Position numbers and translations under genes: made by a program
Notes under the pieces: model-generated
What the model saw: only the letters and a program-made list of their open reading frames with translations
Told to the model about the DNA's origin: nothing
Databases searched by the model: none
From: a virus
Lineage: Duplodnaviria; Heunggongvirae; Uroviricota; Caudoviricetes
DNA length: 4,087 bases
Strand: one strand, 5' to 3'
Virus record (IMG/VR): IMGVR_UViG_2778261624_000001
Span: 1-4,087 of that record
Shown: positions 1 to 4,087 of the stretch, one piece after another
Layout: each line of letters opens with the position of its first letter
Position numbering within the stretch: the stretch's first letter is position 1

Positions 1-903
1 TACATCAGAAATATCAGATCCATTAGCCGATTTCTGCATAGCTCCGGAGGCTTTATCTATCGTTTCTCCCAAACCAAGGTATGCGAGAAGACCGGCAACA
101 TCCTTTCCACTCAAATGAGTCAGCGTCTCATCCAGTGGCTGCTTACCTGACAGCGCATTGTTAATGGTGGTACTGAATTTCGGGTCATTGTTAATGGCTG
201 CGGCAATTTCTTTCAGTGTATCCAGCGTGGCAGGCGCACCGTTAATCAGAGCGGTAATAGCGGCCTGAACAAACGCAGTAGTCGCAATCCGCGTGGTGTT
301 ATTTCCTGCGGCAGGCGTCGGCGCTTTTGGTTCTCCGGTAAATGTCGGATTATGTTTCTGTGCATACTGGGTATGAGGATCCTGTGCGGCAATGTGGTTT
401 CTCATCTGGTCATCCACATACAGCCTTAATTCCAGGACTTCATCATCCACGTATTTACGGGTCGCCAGTACCACCGACGGGTCGATTTTCAGCGTGATGG
501 CTTCGGTATTCGAGACAACCAGAATCATGCGGATAGTCTGGGTACGACCGCTTCCTTCCTGCAACTGCGGTTTGTACGTTTCCGGGCAGTTTGCCACCGC
601 AATGAGTACGCCTTCATCATCATAAAGCCCAATCTCACGGATCCAGAATCCGCCCTCGTTCTCAGGGATGATTTGCTCCGCAATAATCTGGTTCTGGTTA
701 TTCGGGTCAACACTCAGAAGATTCAGCGGTGCAATGCGTTTCTGGTTAATCAGTTTTGTCTGTGCAGGGTCTGGTGTTGGTAACACACCATTTGCATCAC
801 CAACGGCCATTTGCGTCAGATTCAGCTTACTGCCGAGCATCGTCGCGTTAGCCAGCCGTGCTGCGCCCTGATTAGTCAGAATGGCGTAGTATTTCACTGT
901 CAT
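1..903 (-). CDS. H: Tail fibre protein, P2 gpH-like; 5' part only (N-terminal 301 codons), gene continues beyond the window start
   Basis: Seen in sequence: the minus-strand frame is open across 1..903 (checked codon by codon; no stop in this frame). The ATG at 903..901 overlaps the TGA of gene I (ATGA). Translation begins MTVKYYAILTNQGAARLANATMLGSKLNLTQMAVGDANGVLPTPDP and includes GGFWIREIGLYDDEGVLIAVANCPETYKPQLQEGSGRTQTIRM. Established knowledge: this resembles the conserved baseplate-proximal N-terminal domain of P2-family tail fibres, and the position directly downstream of I matches P2 gene order. Not in the ORF track because the window edge truncates it. Confidence 0.85.
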   Translation of the reverse strand, partial: MTVKYYAILTNQGAARLANATMLGSKLNLTQMAVGDANGVLPTPDPAQTKLINQKRIAPLNLLSVDPNNQNQIIAEQIIPENEGGFWIREIGLYDDEGVLIAVANCPETYKPQLQEGSGRTQTIRMILVVSNTEAITLKIDPSVVLATRKYVDDEVLELRLYVDDQMRNHIAAQDPHTQYAQKHNPTFTGEPKAPTPAAGNNTTRIATTAFVQAAITALINGAPATLDTLKEIAAAINNDPKFSTTINNALSGKQPLDETLTHLSGKDVAGLLAYLGLGETIDKASGAMQKSANGSDISDV

Positions 904-1511
904 GCGTTTACTCTCAGGTTATCAATTAAATGAATGGCCGAGGCCGGGAAATAATCCCCTCCGACAATAATGGCCTCCGGGGTGTAGGGATAAACCGTCA
1001 GGGCGTCGCCGTGATAGCATCCCGCACCGGCAAAAATGTTGCCGGTTGTACTTAAACTGATAGCCAGTCCCGTCAGATGGCGGCTTGCAGGTTTTGCATC
1101 AGCAACGAGACGCTCCAGCTCCTGATACATTTCCTCGGTAATACCCTGCTCAAGCACGCCAACAACGATGCGGAACGTCCCCGGCTCCTCATTGAGTTGC
1201 CACCACTCCCTCACCTCAATCAGATAGCCGAGCGGCTCCACCACACGCCGGATTGCGCCTATAGTGCCCTTATGGCAGTGAATGAAATACGCATCGCGGA
1301 TAACAGCGCGTTTTGTCGCTTCCGGCCACTTATCATCCCAGCGGTCAACCGAAAATGACCACGCCAGCCACGGCAGCAGATTTGCCGGGCAGGTGTCCGG
1401 GTTCCACAGCTCACGAATACTGACCGGCGTTTTTTCAATTTCCGCACAGGCTTTTGCGGCGGCAACTTCAAGCGGTGATGAGCCGGTCGGCAGCAGGCGC
1501 GAATCACTCAT
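900..1511 (-). CDS. I: Baseplate assembly / tail protein I (P2 gpI-like), 203 aa
   Basis: Complete ORF in the track (MSDSRLLPTGSSPLEVAAAKACAEIEKTPVSIRELWNPDTCPANLLPWLAWSFSVDRWDDKW...). The N-terminal region is recognisable as the P2 tail protein I family. Its start overlaps the J stop by 8 nt and its stop overlaps the H start by 4 nt, consistent with translational coupling inside a V-W-J-I-H operon. Confidence 0.9.
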   Translation of the reverse strand: MSDSRLLPTGSSPLEVAAAKACAEIEKTPVSIRELWNPDTCPANLLPWLAWSFSVDRWDDKWPEATKRAVIRDAYFIHCHKGTIGAIRRVVEPLGYLIEVREWWQLNEEPGTFRIVVGVLEQGITEEMYQELERLVADAKPASRHLTGLAISLSTTGNIFAGAGCYHGDALTVYPYTPEAIIVGGDYFPASAIHLIDNLRVNA

Positions 1512-2412
1512 CCGAGCCTCCGGTCACGACGCTGTATTCGGTACAGAAAGACGCCTGCGTATTGTTGAGCACGATGTCGGCCAGCGGTGCAGCCAGTTCG
1601 ACACGCTGCACGCCTTCCACATGCAAAGCGGCATAAATGGCAGACAGACGGATGTCGCGCCCCAGCCGGTGCTGTGCCGTGATATACGCTTCCAGTTTTT
1701 TCACGGCGGCAGCGCGGATTGGTTCGCTTTCGGGACCAGGGTAAAGATACAGCGTGGCGTTTATCTGGTATTCAACGATGGCGGCAGACTGCACGGTCAC
1801 GCGATCGGCCACCGGCCTGACGTCCTCGCCATTAAGGGCGTTACGCACCACGGCCAGCAGGTCTTCGGATGCGACGCCGTTATTTTCACGTGACAGCACA
1901 GAGATAGTGACGCAGGCCGGAGACGGACTGGTGACAGAGATATCCGCGACACGCCCGTCGGCACTGCGGCCATGATACTGATAGGCACCCACCGACCCGG
2001 CGACGCTTAAACCTTCAAACGCCTGCTGAATACGCAGACGATAATCGGTGTCAGATTCCATCACTGCCGGTGTCGGCGGGAGGGTCGAATCATCTGCCGG
2101 GGTGATAATCAGGCGCGTGGTGTTGTAATTGGCACCAATCACATCAAGGTCATTACCGGCAGCACAGGCCAGCATCACCGCCCGTGCGGCCTCATTCACA
2201 CGCTGACGCCAGATAAGCTCACGATAAGCATTTTCCTCCAGCAGTTTGACGAGAGGCTCGGATTCCAGCGTCAGGGTACGGGCAACCGCCTCCTGCAGGT
2301 CTTCCGGGTAAAGGGAAATCAGTGTCGCCTTGCGTTCGGCAAGAATGGTTTCAAAGTCCAGCTCCTCGACCACATCCGGTGCGGGTAGCTGGTTCAGGTC
2401 GATAATCGGCAT
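1504..2412 (-). CDS. J: Baseplate assembly protein J (P2 gpJ-like; T4 gp6-type baseplate wedge), 302 aa
   Basis: Complete ORF of 302 aa, the same length as I recall for P2 gpJ. Translation MPIIDLNQLPAPDVVEELDFETILAERKATLISLYPEDLQEAVARTLTLESEPLVKLLEENAYRELIWRQRVNEAARAV is characteristic of the Baseplate_J family. It sits between W and I as in P2. Confidence 0.92.
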   Translation of the reverse strand: MPIIDLNQLPAPDVVEELDFETILAERKATLISLYPEDLQEAVARTLTLESEPLVKLLEENAYRELIWRQRVNEAARAVMLACAAGNDLDVIGANYNTTRLIITPADDSTLPPTPAVMESDTDYRLRIQQAFEGLSVAGSVGAYQYHGRSADGRVADISVTSPSPACVTISVLSRENNGVASEDLLAVVRNALNGEDVRPVADRVTVQSAAIVEYQINATLYLYPGPESEPIRAAAVKKLEAYITAQHRLGRDIRLSAIYAALHVEGVQRVELAAPLADIVLNNTQASFCTEYSVVTGGSDE

Positions 2413-2416
2413 GGTT

Positions 2417-2764
2417 TCAACTCACAGGGATGGTTAACGAAAGTGGCTGGCCGGTGTCGTTGTGCTGACCGGTTAACGTGACCGTCATTCGCCCGTCAAA
2501 ACTGCGCGCCGTGGTGACGGATGACAGGGTGACGCGGGGTTCCCATTTCAGCACGTCCATGTAACAGGCGACCTTAATCTGCAACTCAAGCGCCGGGGTC
2601 TGCGGCTGGTCAATCATTGACGCCAGCAACGAGCCGTAATCACGACGCATCACCCGTGAGCCGACCGGTGTGCGCAGGATATCGCCGATACTCTGGCTGA
2701 TATGCTCAAGGTCAGTGACAGTCAGGCCATCACTGCGATTCATTCCGAGATAACGCGCTGTCAT
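2417..2764 (-). CDS. W: Baseplate wedge protein W (P2 gpW-like; GPW/gp25 family), 115 aa
   Basis: Complete ORF of 115 aa (MTARYLGMNRSDGLTVTDLEHISQSIGDILRTPVGSRVMRRDYGSLLASMIDQPQTPALELQIKVACYMDVLKWEPRV...). Size and sequence fit the gp25-like GPW family. Its ATG overlaps the V stop (ATGA), and a 4-nt spacer separates it from the J start. Confidence 0.92.
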   Translation of the reverse strand: MTARYLGMNRSDGLTVTDLEHISQSIGDILRTPVGSRVMRRDYGSLLASMIDQPQTPALELQIKVACYMDVLKWEPRVTLSSVTTARSFDGRMTVTLTGQHNDTGQPLSLTIPVS

Positions 2765-3396
2765 AGAGGACTCCCGGTTTTGCCGCCGCTGTCGCCGGGG
2801 TGTTTATGGGTATGCAGTACTTTACCGTTTGATGAAAGTTCACCGCCGGTGTGTTCAATGTTGCCGCGCATCGTCCCGCCCTTCTGCACTTCCAGCGTGC
2901 CGGTAATCAGCCTGTTGGTGCAGACCACCTCCGGTGTGTCCAGGGTGATGCGGTTTGACGCTTTCACCGTGACCACCGGCACCGTGGCAGTAACAGAATC
3001 AGAAGCCGTCACGCTGGCCGTTTTAATTCCGCTTACCGTGAGTGCACTGGTTTCGGGTTCATACTCAATCACCGCCCCGTCAGGGAAACGGATATGCACG
3101 GCATCCGCCGACGCAGACGGCGCAGGGTTATCGCCGGAATAAATCCCCGGCAGAACGAACGCCGTGTCGAGTTCACCACCCACGGCCAGAATCAGCACCT
3201 GTTCCCCCACGGAAGGTGCCCACCATGTGCGCGAACGACCGGCGCGATGGGTCAGCCACTGCAGCCAGTCGGTACACATGCCGCCGGTCTGCACACGGCA
3301 GCGACCGGCGTCAAGGTCGGTTTCGACGATAACGCCGGTGCGAATCATGTTGCGCAGTGCGCGCGCGAGTTCCTGAATATTTACGAGAGTGTTCAT
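2761..3396 (-). CDS. V: Baseplate central spike protein V (P2 gpV-like), 211 aa
   Basis: Complete ORF of 211 aa, the same length as I recall for P2 gpV. Translation MNTLVNIQELARALRNMIRTGVIVETDLDAGRCRVQTGGMCTDWLQWLTHRAGRSRTWWAPSVGEQVLILAVGGELDTAFVLPGIYSG matches the spike/gp5-like N-terminal domain. The C-terminus carries the His-rich apex motif (...LHTHKHPGDSGG...), which in P2 gpV coordinates a metal ion. Confidence 0.92.
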   Translation of the reverse strand: MNTLVNIQELARALRNMIRTGVIVETDLDAGRCRVQTGGMCTDWLQWLTHRAGRSRTWWAPSVGEQVLILAVGGELDTAFVLPGIYSGDNPAPSASADAVHIRFPDGAVIEYEPETSALTVSGIKTASVTASDSVTATVPVVTVKASNRITLDTPEVVCTNRLITGTLEVQKGGTMRGNIEHTGGELSSNGKVLHTHKHPGDSGGKTGSPL

Positions 3397-3462
3397 AACG
3401 GGAAGGATGCCGCCGGGTCATACCGGCGGCAATGTGACGATGAGGTGTCGGGAATGGCACAA
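3397..3462 (-). promoter_or_regulatory. S-V intergenic spacer (66 bp): expected boundary between two late operons; candidate site of the V-operon late promoter and/or 5' leader
   Basis: This is the only sizeable non-coding gap in the window. Established knowledge: in P2 the O...R-S operon ends after S and a separate activator-dependent late promoter (P_V) drives V-W-J-I-H-G. Seen in sequence: the spacer contains a strong inverted repeat (3408..3431) and lacks an obvious Shine-Dalgarno sequence before the V ATG (minus-strand sequence ATCCTTCCCGTT-ATG). I cannot place -10/-35 or activator sites with confidence. Confidence 0.3.
3408..3431. other. GC-rich inverted repeat / predicted RNA hairpin (9-bp stem, 6-nt loop) in the S-V spacer
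   Basis: Seen directly: + strand tGCCGCCGG-gtcata-CCGGCGGCa (3408..3431), a perfect 9-bp dyad with a 6-nt loop. On the minus-strand transcript its 3' end lies 11-12 nt upstream of the V start codon. It is not followed by a U-run in the transcript (ATCCTTCCCGTT), so it is not a canonical intrinsic terminator. Confidence 0.5.
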
Positions 3463-3915
3463 CTAACGGTCGAGGTGAGCCAGGATAATCTCTTCAATCA
3501 TCTGCACATCCTCACCGGTAAAGCCGAGCAGGGGACGCGCCGGATAATCAATTTTCTTACCGTCTTTCCGGGTTTCTTCCGACAGACCAAACTGATGCAC
3601 ACTGGCGATTTTCGGTGACTTCCCGCCGTAAAACTCCATTGATGCCTGTTCAGGGCTGGCGCGGATATGCAAAAAACGACTGGTGATAAGTTTCGCAAAC
3701 ATTTTTCGCTTAACGCGACCGGTCTTTTTTCTGGCGCTCTGCTGCTGGCGTGGCGCGTAGGGTGTGCCGTCCGGGGCTTTCTGTGCCATCACCCGACGCT
3801 GCTGATTCTGACGCAGACGTTTCGCCAGTTCGGCGCTCAGTCGTCGACGCCCTGACGGTGACAGCGATTCAATAAGTCCGGTCAGCCGGTCTTCAAAACG
3901 CTTAAACTCATTCAT
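3463..3915 (-). CDS. S: Tail completion / virion morphogenesis protein S (P2 gpS-like), 150 aa
   Basis: Complete ORF of 150 aa, the same length as I recall for P2 gpS (MNEFKRFEDRLTGLIESLSPSGRRRLSAELAKRLRQNQQRRVMAQKAPDGTPYAPRQQQSARKK...). It lies between R and V as in P2, and its start overlaps the stop of the upstream ORF by 8 nt. Confidence 0.88.
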   Translation of the reverse strand: MNEFKRFEDRLTGLIESLSPSGRRRLSAELAKRLRQNQQRRVMAQKAPDGTPYAPRQQQSARKKTGRVKRKMFAKLITSRFLHIRASPEQASMEFYGGKSPKIASVHQFGLSEETRKDGKKIDYPARPLLGFTGEDVQMIEEIILAHLDR

Positions 3916-4087
3916 CCCACTTGCTCACCAGTTCGCCATTGATATACAGCTCCATCGGACGGTTGACCGGCTCCGGCGGCGGGGGGTCCGGGATATTCTT
4001 CACATGCAGCGCGCCGTCCACCTCACTGACCAGCGTGCGCTCGGTCAGCATCAGGCTGATGCTGATATCAAAGCTGCTGTCATTGTT
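3908..4087 (-). CDS. R: Tail completion protein R (P2 gpR-like); 3' part only (C-terminal 59 codons), gene starts beyond the window end
   Basis: Seen in sequence: the minus-strand frame is open from 4087 down to a TGA at 3910..3908, translating ...NNDSSFDISISLMLTERTLVSEVDGALHVKNIPDPPPPEPVNRPMELYINGELVSKWDE*. The stop overlaps the S start (ATGAATGA). Assignment as R rests on its position immediately upstream of S and on my recollection of the gpR C-terminus; it is less certain than the other calls. Confidence 0.75.
   Translation of the reverse strand, partial: NNDSSFDISISLMLTERTLVSEVDGALHVKNIPDPPPPEPVNRPMELYINGELVSKWDE

Noticed and set aside
3408-3431. The S-V hairpin as a rho-independent terminator
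   Set aside because: The stem is strong, but it is followed by ATCCTTCCCGTT rather than a U-rich tract in the transcript, so it does not fit the canonical intrinsic terminator. Kept as a structural element of unknown role.
3455-3460. TGGCAC, resembling the -24 element of sigma-54 promoters
   Set aside because: There is no matching -12 TTGC element at the required spacing on either strand; a single hexamer is expected by chance.
3446-3461. TGT-N10-ACA dyad as an Ogr/Delta-type activator site
   Set aside because: The spacing does not match the TGT-N12-ACA I recall for P2-family late promoters, and its position would place the transcription start essentially on the V start codon. Not called as a feature.
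525-3698. Short minus-strand ORFs in alternative frames (525..713, 1259..1507, 1797..1988, 3498..3698)
   Set aside because: They are out of frame and fully embedded within H, I, J and S respectively, with basic low-complexity translations and no independent start context. They are most likely frame shadows.
392-3855. All + strand ORFs in the supplied track (392..625, 668..871, 1077..1358, 1282..1893, 1454..1636, 1754..1975, 2702..3142, 3042..3332, 3094..3618, 3164..3376, 3667..3855), including the long 203-aa and 174-aa ones
   Set aside because: Each lies antisense to a strongly supported minus-strand structural gene. Their translations are low-complexity and Arg/Ser/Pro/Ala-rich, typical of antisense reading of GC-rich coding DNA, and none resembles a protein family I recognise. 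There is no free space for independent genes.
1-4087. CRISPR arrays, tRNA/rRNA genes, insertion sequences, integrons, toxin-antitoxin or defence-system genes
   Set aside because: I found no repeat-spacer periodicity, no tRNA-like cloverleaf candidates, no terminal inverted repeats or transposase-like ORFs, and no unassigned ORF that could encode such functions. The window is fully accounted for by phage tail genes.
1-4087. A previously undescribed biological system in this window
   Set aside because: Every substantial ORF is a recognisable member of the P2 tail morphogenesis module in canonical order. Claiming novelty would not be supported by the sequence; any novelty would have to lie in the flanks, such as the tail fibre C-terminus or moron loci.

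Overview
The whole window is one minus-strand block of a P2-family (Peduovirus-like) myophage tail/baseplate morphogenesis module, in canonical order R(3' end)-S-V-W-J-I-H(5' part). It is about 98% coding; the only non-coding stretches are a 66-bp S-V spacer and a 4-bp W-J spacer. I recognise the products from their translated sequences and gene order: tail completion proteins R and S, baseplate spike V, gp25-like wedge protein W, baseplate proteins J and I, and the conserved N-terminal part of tail fibre H. Both edge genes are truncated by the window; the H fragment (1..903) is absent from the supplied ORF track for that reason and was recovered by manual translation. All + strand ORFs in the track are antisense shadows of these genes. 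I see no RNA genes, CRISPR arrays, insertion sequences or cargo genes. I find no support for a novel or undescribed system here: this is a well-known phage structural operon. The points worth a second look are a GC-rich hairpin in the S-V spacer where a late-operon boundary is expected, an I protein that appears longer than I recall for P2, and the fact that the variable receptor-binding end of the tail fibre lies outside the window. All similarity statements come from reading the translations, not from a database search.
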